Positions 10,646 through 19,820 of a stretch of DNA of 64,000 bases are shown here, one piece after another; position 1 is the stretch's first letter; each line of letters starts with the position of its first letter. The notes under the pieces were generated by a model. The model was not told the origin of the DNA and ran no database searches. It was given only the letters and a program-made list of their open reading frames with translations. The translations under genes were made by a program, and so were the position numbers. The DNA comes from an uncultured delta proteobacterium. Its GTDB lineage: Bacteria; Myxococcota_A; Polyangia; Polyangiales; Polyangiaceae. Location of the stretch: positions 3,968,001 through 4,032,000 of the forward strand of contig CAWDXG010000004.1 of NCBI GenBank assembly GCA_963806225.1. The letters run 5' to 3'.

Positions 10646-11122
10646 CTAGCCTCGCTTCTTCGCTTCTTCGATCGTCGCTTCCAGGACGTCGAGCATCGCG
10701 CGATCCTTGGGACGATCGAGGTGGCGCTTGGCCTGCACGAGCCGCTCGAGCGACAGCACGCGCACGTGCACGCCGGCGACCTCGAAGCCGACACTGTGGG
10801 GCAGGAGATCTTCGTACGTCGTGTCGTCCTCGATAGTGCCGGGCAGATCCAGCGCACCCTGGCCGGTGACGAGCAGCTTGTGACCGCGACTCGCAACGTG
10901 ACCGCGCTCGGGACGGAGCCCGCGTGGGTCGTCGCGGAAGCGGGCTTCGAGCTCGCCCAGGGCGCCTGGCATGCGACTCACGTTCGCCGGCTCGAGCGAG
11001 TAGACAACGTCCACGTCGAGCGTGCGGACCGGAGCCCCCTGGAGCACGGCCGCCATGCCTCCGACGACGATGAACTCAACGTCGTGGGCGACCAGGGTCT
11101 GCAGGATCTTCGCGATGGGCAT
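10646..11122 (-). CDS. Nucleotidyltransferase-like protein
   Basis: FIVVGGMAAVLQG..TLDVDV, K..DRPKD. Confidence 0.7.
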   Translation of the reverse strand: MPIAKILQTLVAHDVEFIVVGGMAAVLQGAPVRTLDVDVVYSLEPANVSRMPGALGELEARFRDDPRGLRPERGHVASRGHKLLVTGQGALDLPGTIEDDTTYEDLLPHSVGFEVAGVHVRVLSLERLVQAKRHLDRPKDRAMLDVLEATIEEAKKRG

Positions 11123-11167
11123 CGTCGGTCCGACGCGCGGTCAGCTCCACGTCGATCGCGTCCTGCA

Positions 11168-11561
11168 GGGGGGACGTTACCAGGTGGAAGTGCTGCCCGG
11201 TCTCGTCGCCGCGGGCGAGTTCCTCGACATCGAGCCACCGCACCGGCTCGTCCACACCTGGGGCTGGCAGCTCGGTGAAGATGCGCCGGTCCCGCCCGGC
11301 TCGACCGTCGTCGTCTACGAGCTGTTCGATGCCGGCAAGGGAACCCGCCTCCGGCTCTCGCAACGCGACCTGCCCAATCTCGCAACGGCGGGGTCGCACT
11401 CGCGGGGTTGGAACCACTATCTCCCGCGCCTGGCAATTGCAGCAGCGGGCCAGGTCGCGGGCCCCGATCCGTGGGTTGTCGATCCCGAGCGGATGCAAAG
11501 AGAGCTCGCGCCCGCTTCCGGTCCGCCCCGGGCGCAGCAGAAGAAAGGAGCAAGCAGATGA
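11168..11561 (+). pseudogene. SRPBCC/AHSA1 domain protein, 5'-truncated
   Basis: GGRY..GEFLDIEPPHRLVHTWGW..GTRLRL..GWNHYL; the N-terminal third is absent. Confidence 0.7.
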
Positions 11562-11911
11562 CCACCAGGGAAACGATCGAACACTACTTCCAGGCACTGT
11601 CGGGCAAGAGCGGATGGCAGGCGCTGCTAGCCGACGGGATGTCCTTTGCCAGCTACAGCACGCCCGCGAAACGCGTCACCGGAAAGGACGCGTACATCGA
11701 GTCCACGCACGGCTTCTATTCCATGATCGAGAGCTTCGAGGTGCGCAGCTTGATCGTCGATGGCGAGCACGCCTGCGCGCTGACGCGCTACGCGCTGAAG
11801 CCACCGGCGGGCAGTCCCTTCACCTGCGACGTGGCCGAGTACTTCGCGGTGAAGGACGACCACATCGACTCGTTCGAGATCTATTTCGACAGCGCGCCCT
11901 TCAGCACCTGA
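11558..11911 (+). CDS. SnoaL/NTF2-like protein
   Basis: RBS AAGGAG, ATGA overlap with previous stop, VAEYFAVKDDHIDSFEIYFDS. Confidence 0.75.
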   Translation: MTTRETIEHYFQALSGKSGWQALLADGMSFASYSTPAKRVTGKDAYIESTHGFYSMIESFEVRSLIVDGEHACALTRYALKPPAGSPFTCDVAEYFAVKDDHIDSFEIYFDSAPFST

Positions 11912-11923
11912 GGCTCGAGCGCC

Positions 11924-12241
11924 GTGGCCTACGACGAGAAGCTCGCAGGCAGGATCCGCCGCATCCTCGCCGAAGAAACGGAGGACGTGACCGAGCGCCG
12001 GATGTTCGGCGGGATCTGCTTCATGGTGGGCGGCGGCATGTGCTGCGGGGTTCTGGGGCCGGACCTGATCGTGCGGGTCGGCCCCGACCGCTACGCCGCG
12101 GCGCTGGCCAAGCCCCACGCCCGCGTCTTCGACTTCAGCGGCCGCCCCTCGAAAGGCATCCTGTACGTGGGGCCCCAGGCAATCCGCACCCGCGCCGGCC
12201 TGGAACGCTGGCTGGGCGTGGGCCTGGAGCGGGCTCGCTGA
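11924..12241 (+). CDS. TfoX/Sxy N-terminal family protein
   Basis: MAYDEKLA.RIR..ERRMFGGICFMV.G.MCCGV. Confidence 0.8.
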   Translation: MAYDEKLAGRIRRILAEETEDVTERRMFGGICFMVGGGMCCGVLGPDLIVRVGPDRYAAALAKPHARVFDFSGRPSKGILYVGPQAIRTRAGLERWLGVGLERAR

Positions 12242-12258
12242 ACCTGACGCGCGGCGGC

Positions 12259-12284
12259 GTGAACGGACCGGGCCCGGCGGTGTG
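12259..12284 (-). repeat. Degenerate scar related to 13010-13036 and 14899-14923
   Basis: GTGAACGGACC-GGGCCCGGCGGTGTG vs GTGAACGGACCCGGGCTCGGCAGCGTG (3 mismatches, 1 gap). Confidence 0.5.
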
Positions 12285-12329
12285 AGCAGCCACGCGCACC
12301 TTCGCTCGAGGAACTGTGCCCCCCCGGAG

Positions 12330-12989
12330 CTATTCCGGCGCGACGAGGTGCGACACCAGTGCGACGATGCCGCGCGCGGCAGCTGGGGGCGGGTAGGGTG
12401 AAAGCGAGTCCAGTTTGGCCGCCTGTCGCTGGTGCACGACCTCGAGCACCCGCCCGAGCTCCGCGCGGTCGAACCAGGTGCCGTGGTTGGCGCAGAAGTC
12501 GACAACGATGCCGGCACGAGCGAGAGGAACGCGCTGGAGCGAAAAGTGGCACACCGGGCAGGCGGCAGTGCGCGATGTGTCCGCCCGGAACACGGCGTGC
12601 TCGGCGGCGCGCCCCGCGAGCTCCTCGATGCGCTTGTCCACGCGCCCCATCGCCAGAGGGATCGACTTCGAGTCGACCCAGATCCCGCCGCACTCGCCGC
12701 AACCCGCGAGCTCGACGCTGTCGACCCGGATCTCGTAGAGCAGCTGCGGACAGCGCGGGCAAGGAAGCGTCGTCGCGTGCCCTTCTTCGCTGGCTTTCGC
12801 CGGCGAAGGCGACGCCGCAACCGCCGGGGACGCCACCTGGACGTTCTTGAACACGATGACGCGCTGGGGCGCGGGCTCGGGCTCGCTGGCAAAACCACAG
12901 AACCTGCAGGTCACGAGTTCGTGCGCCGCCGCGGCAGGCAACGGACCACCACACTTGGGACAGACCAGAACGCGCCGCGGGGCCTCCAT
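12330..12989 (-). CDS. Zinc-ribbon (zf-TFIIB-like) protein
   Basis: CPKC, CRFC, CPRC..CGECGGIWVD, CPVC..C..HGTWFD..EL. Confidence 0.75.
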   Translation of the reverse strand: MEAPRRVLVCPKCGGPLPAAAAHELVTCRFCGFASEPEPAPQRVIVFKNVQVASPAVAASPSPAKASEEGHATTLPCPRCPQLLYEIRVDSVELAGCGECGGIWVDSKSIPLAMGRVDKRIEELAGRAAEHAVFRADTSRTAACPVCHFSLQRVPLARAGIVVDFCANHGTWFDRAELGRVLEVVHQRQAAKLDSLSPYPPPAAARGIVALVSHLVAPE

Positions 12990-13011
12990 GCGGCGATCAT
13001 ACCCCATTAGT

Positions 13012-13071
13012 GAACGGACCCGGGCTCGGCAGCGTGCCGCCGATGAGCGAGACGAATCGCGACTTGATGCC
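13012..13071 (-). repeat. Scar: 60-bp copy of the 3' coding region of the 14857..15891 gene
   Basis: 58/60 identical to 14899-14958, same orientation (GIKSRFVSLIGGTLPSPxPF). Confidence 0.95.
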
Positions 13072-13122
13072 GGTTCGTGAGATGGCTGTGAGACCCCGCG
13101 ACCGCCGGCGACTCGCCTGTGC

Positions 13123-13815
13123 TCAGCGGAGTCTGATCTGCGAGCCGAGATCGAGCAGCAGGCGCAGCACGGCCCACGCCCCGTCTTCGCGCTTCGGCGG
13201 GTGCGGCGCGAGCTGTACGCCTGGCGCATCGACAATGCGGTCGAGCAGCGCTACCGGCGCGGGCTCGACGGGCGGCGCGGGCTGCAGCGCGGCGAAGCGG
13301 CAGGTCTGGTCGTTCCGTATCACCATCGCGTAGCCGAGCTCGTAGTGCTGCTCGGGCTGTTGCTCCGGCGCGAAGTAGTCGACCAGGAGATGCCCCGATC
13401 GCATGTGCGCCTTCGCCTCGATCGTCTTCGTCGGCATGTCCGGCGCGACCAGCTTCACGAGCTCGGCCCAGTCGTCGAAGAACTGGTCCACGGGCTTGCC
13501 CCTGGCGGAAGCCTTCACGAGCAGAGCGCGTGCGTTCGCCCCCTTGCCAACGAGGACCTGCACCTCGTACCGACCCACGCGACGCACCTGCCCGGCAAGG
13601 TCCGCGGGCAGCGCCAGGTTCGTTCCCGTCGGACACCGGATCTCGCCGCTCGCCCGGTCCCACTCGATCCCGTCCGGCGCAAGCCGGGCAGCCGCCGCGC
13701 CCGACCCCGTCGCAGTCCCTACCGGAGCCGGCGACGACGCCGACCGCTGCTGCCCCGGCGCTGCGCAAGCAGCCACCAGCGCGAGGCAAGCACCCAGGAC
13801 AAGGCAGAAGCGCAT
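13123..13815 (-). CDS. Hypothetical lipoprotein
   Basis: Lipobox VAAC after hydrophobic signal. Confidence 0.6.
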   Translation of the reverse strand: MRFCLVLGACLALVAACAAPGQQRSASSPAPVGTATGSGAAAARLAPDGIEWDRASGEIRCPTGTNLALPADLAGQVRRVGRYEVQVLVGKGANARALLVKASARGKPVDQFFDDWAELVKLVAPDMPTKTIEAKAHMRSGHLLVDYFAPEQQPEQHYELGYAMVIRNDQTCRFAALQPAPPVEPAPVALLDRIVDAPGVQLAPHPPKREDGAWAVLRLLLDLGSQIRLR

Positions 13816-14003
13816 GGCGCTACTCTAGCTCCGCGATCGCGACGGACCAGCGACCGACGTCGCGGCAGCGGGTCGGCGCTGCGTGATCTTCTGTGGAATC
13901 GGCTTCCCCCGGACAGCGTTGCCCCCGTATGCGCACGCTTCGTGGAGCGAGGGGCGGCAGAGCGCTTTGCGGCCGCAAGTCTGTGAGAGCGGGAGGTCCG
14001 GCG

Positions 14004-14459
14004 ATGAGACGCTTTTTCACATGGTCCGGCCTGCTGCTGCTCGCGGCCCTGGCGTGGATCAGCGTGGGCTTTCTCGGTGGCCTGTTCCAGTTCGATCTGT
14101 GGCCAGCCGATCACACGTGCGACGGCGATCGACCTTGCAGGATCGGCCAGTGTACCCAGCTTCGCGCAACGGTTCCTTCGCCCGACCACAGGCGCAGCGC
14201 GCTCGTCTTTCTCACGACGGGAGGCGGCGCCACCGTCGCCGACGGAGCGCAGGTGTGCATCGAGGAGGATGGCCGCCGCCGGAAAGTCGCCGTCGGCTAC
14301 CGAAGCGATGGGGTGAGCGCAGCGTGGGTTTCGCCAACGCTGCTGCGCATCGACGCACTCTCGACCGGCGCCCCCTCGCACACCGTCGACGTGACCGGCT
14401 CCACGGTGATCTGCGAGCCAACTGGCTTCCGCCCGCACGACCGCCGCGCCGCGCACTGA
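14004..14459 (+). CDS. Hypothetical membrane-anchored protein
   Basis: RBS GGAGG, N-terminal TM segment. Confidence 0.5.
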   Translation: MRRFFTWSGLLLLAALAWISVGFLGGLFQFDLWPADHTCDGDRPCRIGQCTQLRATVPSPDHRRSALVFLTTGGGATVADGAQVCIEEDGRRRKVAVGYRSDGVSAAWVSPTLLRIDALSTGAPSHTVDVTGSTVICEPTGFRPHDRRAAH

Positions 14460-14510
14460 GCGCGCCGCCAAGCAGCGACATGACGCTGCGTGCTATCGCC
14501 CCCGGGCCAC

Positions 14511-14800
14511 TCACGGCGCGAGCGTGGGCGGCGCCTTGCTGCCGTCGAGCGGGAACCAGCGGAGCACGCTGCGCGGACGCTGGGCGAGGCTCTCTTCCAC
14601 GGCAAACCCCTGCCAGCGCACACCGCCCGGGCCGTCCATGGTGTCGCCGTTCTCGATGACACACCGGGTCGCCCCATCCAGCCGTCGGATCCCTCCCGCA
14701 CCCCCGCAACGCCGAACGCCTCCAGCGAGCGCGCCAGAGCCTCCACATCGACCGCACGCTCGAGCAACACGACCGCCCCCTGGGTGAACATGCCCTTCAT
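14511..14800 (-). pseudogene. DUF4261-like gene with large internal deletion
   Basis: N-terminus MKGMFTQGAVVLLER fused out of frame to C-terminus VIENGDTMDGPGGVRWQ..VLRWFPLDG..*. Confidence 0.6.
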
Positions 14801-14856
14801 GGCGAAGGCGAGCCTACCATCGCCGGGAACCGCGCAGCGCGGAGCGGCGCCCCGCC

Positions 14857-15891
14857 CTACTTGCAGTACTTCGAAACTTCCGGCACCAGCGTCACCCCGA
14901 ACGGATCCGGGCTCGGCAGCGTGCCGCCGATGAGCGAGACGAAGCGCGACTTGATGCCCGTGACGTAGGAGTTCGTGGCGTCGGGCGGGCGCGGGAAGCC
15001 CGGGCCCTCCAGGTGCGAGAGCAGCCCGATCACCATGTCGCCCGCGATGCCCTGCCCCTGGCAGTACTGGTACGTGTAGATCGGAGTCTGCCCGCCGTTC
15101 CCCGTCGCGTTCTCGAAGTAGTACCAGGTCCCGAGCGCGATGTTGCAGCCCGGCGTCTGCATCCAGCTCGTGTACGTCGTCCCCCCCGCCGTCGCCCAGA
15201 ACACCGCGTCGTTCGCGTGCCCCGGCAGCTCCTTCGGCCACGCGCAGCCGATCGCCGCCATCTTCGAAAGCGGCCCGTAGTAGTTGAAATCGTTCACCGT
15301 CGAGCTGAACCGGATCTGCAGAAGCCCCACCGTCGGATCATTCGCCTTCGTCCCGTTCACATCCCGCGTCCCATACGAATCCAGGTTCACCGACGTCGGG
15401 TTGTACGAGCTCTCCGCCACAATCGCCGACGTCACCACCGCCTCGCAGTACTCGAGCCAGTTCGTTTCCTTCGGAGCGAAGGCAGCGCAGCTCGCGGCGA
15501 TCGAGCACGCGAGATTGTCGAACTTCGCCTTCGTGCCGAAGTACTTCTGGATGTTCGTGTAGGCGTAGTCCGGAAGACCGCTGGTCTTGTCGGTGAGCCA
15601 CGTCGAGACGCGGGTGATTTCCGTCTGCGTGGCGGCGGTGCAGGTGGGACCAGTGCCGCCTGTGCCCGCAGCGCCTCCACTGGACGTGCCGCCGGTTGAT
15701 GTGCCGGCTGTGCCGCCTGTTCCGCTACCGCTTGAGCCACCGGTTGAGGCGCCTCCGCTGCCGCCTGTGGACGCGCCAGCTGTACCGCCGGTGCCGGGCT
15801 TCGAGTTGCTGGTGTTGTTGCTGCTCGAACAGGCGGAGAGAAGGAGGGTCAGGGCGAGCAGAGCGGTTCGATGGTGGGTTGGTGGGAGCAT
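14857..15891 (-). CDS. Lipoprotein with lysozyme-like / lytic transglycosylase (SLT-like) motifs
   Basis: Lipobox LSAC, Gly/Thr linker, AIVAESSYNP, VGLLQI, CNIALGTWY. Confidence 0.65.
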   Translation of the reverse strand: MLPPTHHRTALLALTLLLSACSSSNNTSNSKPGTGGTAGASTGGSGGASTGGSSGSGTGGTAGTSTGGTSSGGAAGTGGTGPTCTAATQTEITRVSTWLTDKTSGLPDYAYTNIQKYFGTKAKFDNLACSIAASCAAFAPKETNWLEYCEAVVTSAIVAESSYNPTSVNLDSYGTRDVNGTKANDPTVGLLQIRFSSTVNDFNYYGPLSKMAAIGCAWPKELPGHANDAVFWATAGGTTYTSWMQTPGCNIALGTWYYFENATGNGGQTPIYTYQYCQGQGIAGDMVIGLLSHLEGPGFPRPPDATNSYVTGIKSRFVSLIGGTLPSPDPFGVTLVPEVSKYCK

Positions 15892-15996
15892 GGGCGGTGG
15901 CTTGGCGCGGAAACGACATGACCAGTGTAGCTCGGCAGCGGGCGCAGCCGAATGGTCGATTTCTCGCACAGAGAGGCACACCGATGCCGCGGCGTC

Positions 15997-16148
15997 GGGA
16001 CCTCTCGCGCATTCGCAGCCCGGCGCGCCGTAACGCGCGCGCTGCGCCGGCCGGGCGAGCATGCGCTTGAGGAACCCCGCCCGCGCGCAGCGGAGCGAGC
16101 ACGGACGGGCGCTCGAACGCCGCGCTCTTGTGGGGGAGCATCCCTGGT
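15997..16148 (+). repeat. Hairpin-rich repeat R1 (full length, 152 bp)
   Basis: GGGACCT...GGGGAGCATCCCTGGT; about 12 differences from R4 by manual alignment. Confidence 0.95.
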
Positions 16149-16728
16149 GAGCGTGGCGCACCTCGACGACGAGGAGCGCGCGCTCGTGCTGGGCGTCATC
16201 TTCGAGGAGCTGCTGGCCTGGACGCGCGGCCTCTCGGGCAGCCAGCGCCTGCGTGCGCTCGTGCTGTTCGACGAGGTCTACGGCTTCCTCCCGCCCTATC
16301 CCGCCAATCCGCCCACCAAGAAGCCCATCGTTTCGTTGATGAAGCAGGCGAGGGCATTCGGAGTGGGCGTCGTGCTGGCGACGCAGAACCCGATGGATCT
16401 CGACTACCGCGCGCTGGGCAATGCCGGGGTGTGGTGCTTGGGGCGCCTTCAAACGAACGCGGATCGAGCGCGCGTGATCGAGGGCATGGCCCAGAGCGGC
16501 GCGCCGGCACGCGAGCTCGACGACCTGGTGCAGCGGCTGGCGCCGAGGTGGTTCGTGATGCGCGACGTGCACGACGGCGGCGCGATCCGGTTCCTGCAAC
16601 CGCGCTGGGCGATGTCGTGGATGCGCGGACCGATGACGCGGGGGGAATTGCGGAGGGCTCGAGCGAGCTGGGAACAGCGCAGGGACAACGACGGCCGCAA
16701 CGACGGCGGCGGCGAGAAGGCCGCGTGA
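16147..16728 (+). pseudogene. HerA/DUF87-like ATPase, 3' fragment only
   Basis: Walker B LVLFDEVYGFLPP, KQARAFGVGVVLATQNPMDLDY; no Walker A; begins at the right end of R1. Confidence 0.8.
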
Positions 16729-16943
16729 CCGTCCTCTCCGGCGCCGAGTGCGTGAAGGCCCTGCGCCGCGTCGGCTACACCAAGCTCCGCCAGCGCGGCA
16801 GCCACGTCCGCATGCACTGCCCCGGCCGCCGTCCGGTCACCGTGCCACTCCATGGCACGGTGCCGCGTGGAACATTGCGGTCCATCTTGCGGCTCGCTGG
16901 CGTCGCGCCGGGGGAGCTTGTTGGTTCGGCGCGGGTAGCGTGA
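16725..16943 (+). CDS. hicA: HicA-family toxin
   Basis: RQRGSH..VTVPLH..GTLRSIL; GTGA overlap with the ATPase stop. Confidence 0.8.
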   Translation: MTVLSGAECVKALRRVGYTKLRQRGSHVRMHCPGRRPVTVPLHGTVPRGTLRSILRLAGVAPGELVGSARVA

Positions 16944-17037
16944 AGTGGCGCAAGCACACACGCGGGCCGGGCAAGCACGGAAGGCGTGAACAGCGACATA
17001 GGAAGCGCCCGCGGGCGAAGGGCGCGAGATTGGAGCG

Positions 17038-17814
17038 TCACCTCGCCGGTGTGCAGGCGGGCCCCTGGTGGCCGGCGGCGTGATAGACGAACGTGAGCGG
17101 CAGGTCGATGACGGCGCTGCCTCCCTCGGGCGGCGCGAAGCGGGCCGCGGCGGCGCGCATGTGGACACACTCGGTCGTGCTTCGGAGATATCCGCTCGGC
17201 ACTGCCTTCACGGAAGTGTCCGAGCCGACGTGGATCGTGAGCTTGACCGAACCTTCGGCGTGCGGGTTCGTCGCCAGGTCCGCGTTGTAGCAGCGGCGGA
17301 AGTCGGAGCGCATTCCTTCGACAACCCGCGCAGCGTTGGACACGGTACCCGACGCGGCGCTGCTGGTGGGATTGTACGAACGCGGTGGCGGAACGGCGAG
17401 CGTGACGTGTCGGTCGGCAGCCAGCGTGCCGGCGAGCGTGATGGCACTCTGCACCGGCAGGTCGGCTTCGGGGCCCAGGTACAGCGCCGAGCCTGCCGGA
17501 GCGAGCGCGTCGACGCAGCGCTTCAGCCCTGCGAAGTCCAGGCCACGCGGCGTCGCCGGCTGGTCGGCAGCACCGGCGGCAGGCTCGTTCTCTCCAGGGC
17601 AGCGCGGGCCAACCCCCAAATGGGGCCCCCGCAGATGGAAGCCGTCGCGGCGCGCGATGACTGCGAGCTGCCAGCGCTGGCGCAACGACAGAAGGATACC
17701 CGTGGGAGTCGACGTGGACGGGACGGGCAAGCGCGTCGCGACGTAGAGCTGCGTGTAGCCGATCTCCGAGAGCGTCGAGAGCGCCTCGTGGAGCAGTCGA
17801 TAGGGCAGCTTCGG
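17038..17814 (-). pseudogene. ExbD-like plus AgmX/PglI C-terminal domain protein, apparently 5'-truncated
   Basis: FRRCYN..L..NP..EG.V..C..ARF..P..VI..P..F; no signal or start before the ATPase scar at 17815. Confidence 0.5.
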
Positions 17815-17844
17815 GACGGCGGCGCGATGAGGTTCCTGCAACCG
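17815..17844 (+). repeat. Scar: ATPase fragment (DGGAMRFLQP)
   Basis: 28/30 identical to 16573-16602. Confidence 0.8.
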
Positions 17845-17908
17845 GCACTGAGGCCGCGAGCGTCGAACTCCCTGGCAGGTCCGGAACGAAAGCAGTACCC
17901 TTGCGTGC

Positions 17909-18133
17909 ATGGCGACGCGTGATTTTCCCGTTGTGCTCGTCCCTGGCGAGGACGGCTGGATCGTCGCAGAGTGCCCGGTGATTCCCGGCTGCATCAGTCA
18001 AGGGCACACGCGCGACGAAGCCCTCGCCAACATCAAAGAAGCGATCCAACTCTGCCTCGAGACCCAGGCCGAAGAAGGCTGGAATCTGCCGGGCGAGTAC
18101 GGGGTCGTGGACGTGCAGGTGCGCGTGCGCTGA
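17909..18133 (+). CDS. hicB: HicB-family antitoxin (short form)
   Basis: EDGWIVAECPVIPGCISQGHTRDEALANIKEAI. Confidence 0.85.
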   Translation: MATRDFPVVLVPGEDGWIVAECPVIPGCISQGHTRDEALANIKEAIQLCLETQAEEGWNLPGEYGVVDVQVRVR

Positions 18134-18141
18134 CAGCGCCG

Positions 18142-19515
18142 TCAGTGCGTCGGCTTGGTTTTCGGCGTCGGACGGAACTGGACCTGCACGGTCGCGTAGG
18201 CGGTACTCTCGGGCACCGCAGGGCACGGCGCCTGGGACATGAGGAACGCGGCGCGCAGGCACTGCAGCTCGGCGGGGGTCGCCGGCGGGCCCTTGGCCGC
18301 GTCGAAGTGCACGCTGGTCGCTTGACCGCCGGAATCGAAGCTCACCTGCACGGCGAACGCGCGCTTCGCGGCGCCGTGCGCGTTGGCGTAGCAGCGCGCG
18401 ACCAGCGAGGCGTCGGGGCGAGACCAGTCGCGGATGCTGGGGTCGCTGGTCTGGACTAGAAAGACTGGCTTCCCGTCGCGGTCGCGCGACGCTTTGCGGC
18501 GAGCGCCCACCGTCGCGTCGACAATGTAGCCGCCCGGGCTGACCGTCTCGGCGGCGCGGAAGCGGATGTCGGCGCGGAAGCGCCGGCCGCGCATCGAGGC
18601 GGGCAGCCGCGCGTCTGCGGCGAGCACCCGGCAGGCACACGACGCCCGCGGTCCTTCGTCCTCCCGCTCGCAGTGGGACACCCGACCGTCCCCGCTCACC
18701 GTGAACAGCACCGGCGCGGTGGCGCTCCCGGCGCCGAAGCAGGCGCGCAGCTTCGCGGTGCCACCTTCCAGCACGTCGGCGAGATGCACGCCGTCGCCGG
18801 GCGTCCTGGCGCCAGCGGGAACGAGCAAGCCCGCGACCCCGGCGAGCAATGGGTCCCAGCCGAGCCGCTCGGGAAGCGGGGCGCGCGGGGCTTGCGAGCC
18901 CAGGGAGCCAAGGCCGAGAAGATCGGACGCACCCGGGCCCTCGGGCGGCGGGGGCGCGAGGTGGGCGATGGCTGCGGCCAGGGCACGCCGTTCCGGCGCC
19001 TGCGGATTGTAGGGCGCGTCGAACTCCGCGAGCCGCTTGCCGTCGAGGAAGTCGACGCGGTCGAGGACGAGGACCGACAGCGTGCAGCCCTTCTTGTCGC
19101 AGGTGACGCCCGGCGCGATGAGCCCGTTCGCTCCGAGGAGGCGCTGCCAGCGGACGACGGTCTCGAAGTCCAGCATGGGTTTTCCACATGCAGCGCCCGT
19201 CGCCGCCGATCGTCCCGCCCTCGCCCGCGAGAGCACCTGCCAGGTTTTCGCCGGGTCGACGACCCGGAGGCCGCGCCCGCGCGCCCAGGCAGCGATCGAC
19301 TGGAGGCTCGCTTTCTCCCCGGCCGCGTAGAGCCCGAGACCCTCCACCGGCTCGACGACGAAGACCCGCCCGCCCGCGAACGCGGCGCTCGGCGACGTCG
19401 CGGCTGGCTTCGTCGGGGCGGCTGGCTTCGTCGGGGCGGCTGGCTTCGGCGGGGCGGCGCACGAGAGCAGGAAGACAGCGGCAAGGCTTGCGAGGACGGG
19501 GGGCCGGCACTTCAT
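18142..19515 (-). CDS. Hypothetical lipoprotein, possibly with TonB-C/AgmX-like domains
   Basis: Lipobox LLSC, (P/T)KPAA repeats, paired Cys domains. Confidence 0.6.
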   Translation of the reverse strand: MKCRPPVLASLAAVFLLSCAAPPKPAAPTKPAAPTKPAATSPSAAFAGGRVFVVEPVEGLGLYAAGEKASLQSIAAWARGRGLRVVDPAKTWQVLSRARAGRSAATGAACGKPMLDFETVVRWQRLLGANGLIAPGVTCDKKGCTLSVLVLDRVDFLDGKRLAEFDAPYNPQAPERRALAAAIAHLAPPPPEGPGASDLLGLGSLGSQAPRAPLPERLGWDPLLAGVAGLLVPAGARTPGDGVHLADVLEGGTAKLRACFGAGSATAPVLFTVSGDGRVSHCEREDEGPRASCACRVLAADARLPASMRGRRFRADIRFRAAETVSPGGYIVDATVGARRKASRDRDGKPVFLVQTSDPSIRDWSRPDASLVARCYANAHGAAKRAFAVQVSFDSGGQATSVHFDAAKGPPATPAELQCLRAAFLMSQAPCPAVPESTAYATVQVQFRPTPKTKPTH

Positions 19516-19526
19516 CGGCGCGCACT

Positions 19527-19709
19527 CTACGCCGTCGGCGCACCGCACGGAAACCGCCGCGCACCGGCAAGGAAATCCGCATCCTGCCCCGTGGCAAGCA
19601 CCGTCGAGTAGCCGGGAGCGTCGCCCCTCGTCACGGTGCCCTGGGGAGGCTGCCCGCCACAGGACGCCAGAAGCACAAGACACAGCGAAGCGAGAACGCG
19701 CTTCGACAT
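19527..19709 (-). pseudogene. Lipoprotein 5' remnant
   Basis: MSKRVLASLCLVLLASC lipobox, then TVLATGQD as in beta-propeller lipoproteins, then abrupt loss. Confidence 0.45.
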
Positions 19710-19747
19710 GGTATCGAGAGTCGCATGCTGCGGTGCGGGCGCCGCTT

Positions 19748-19820
19748 GGGACCTTTCGCGCACGCGCAGCCCGGCGAGCCGTCGTGCGTGCGCTGCGCCG
19801 GCCGGGGGAGCATCCCTGGT
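19748..19820 (+). repeat. Repeat R2 (internally deleted, 73 bp)
   Basis: Both R ends retained; the deletion lies between two GAGCAT direct repeats. Confidence 0.9.

Noticed and set aside
16965..16990. Possible fifth collapsed R copy (GCCGGGCAAGCACGGAAGGCGTGAAC)
   Set aside because: Too short and degenerate to separate from chance in GC-rich DNA
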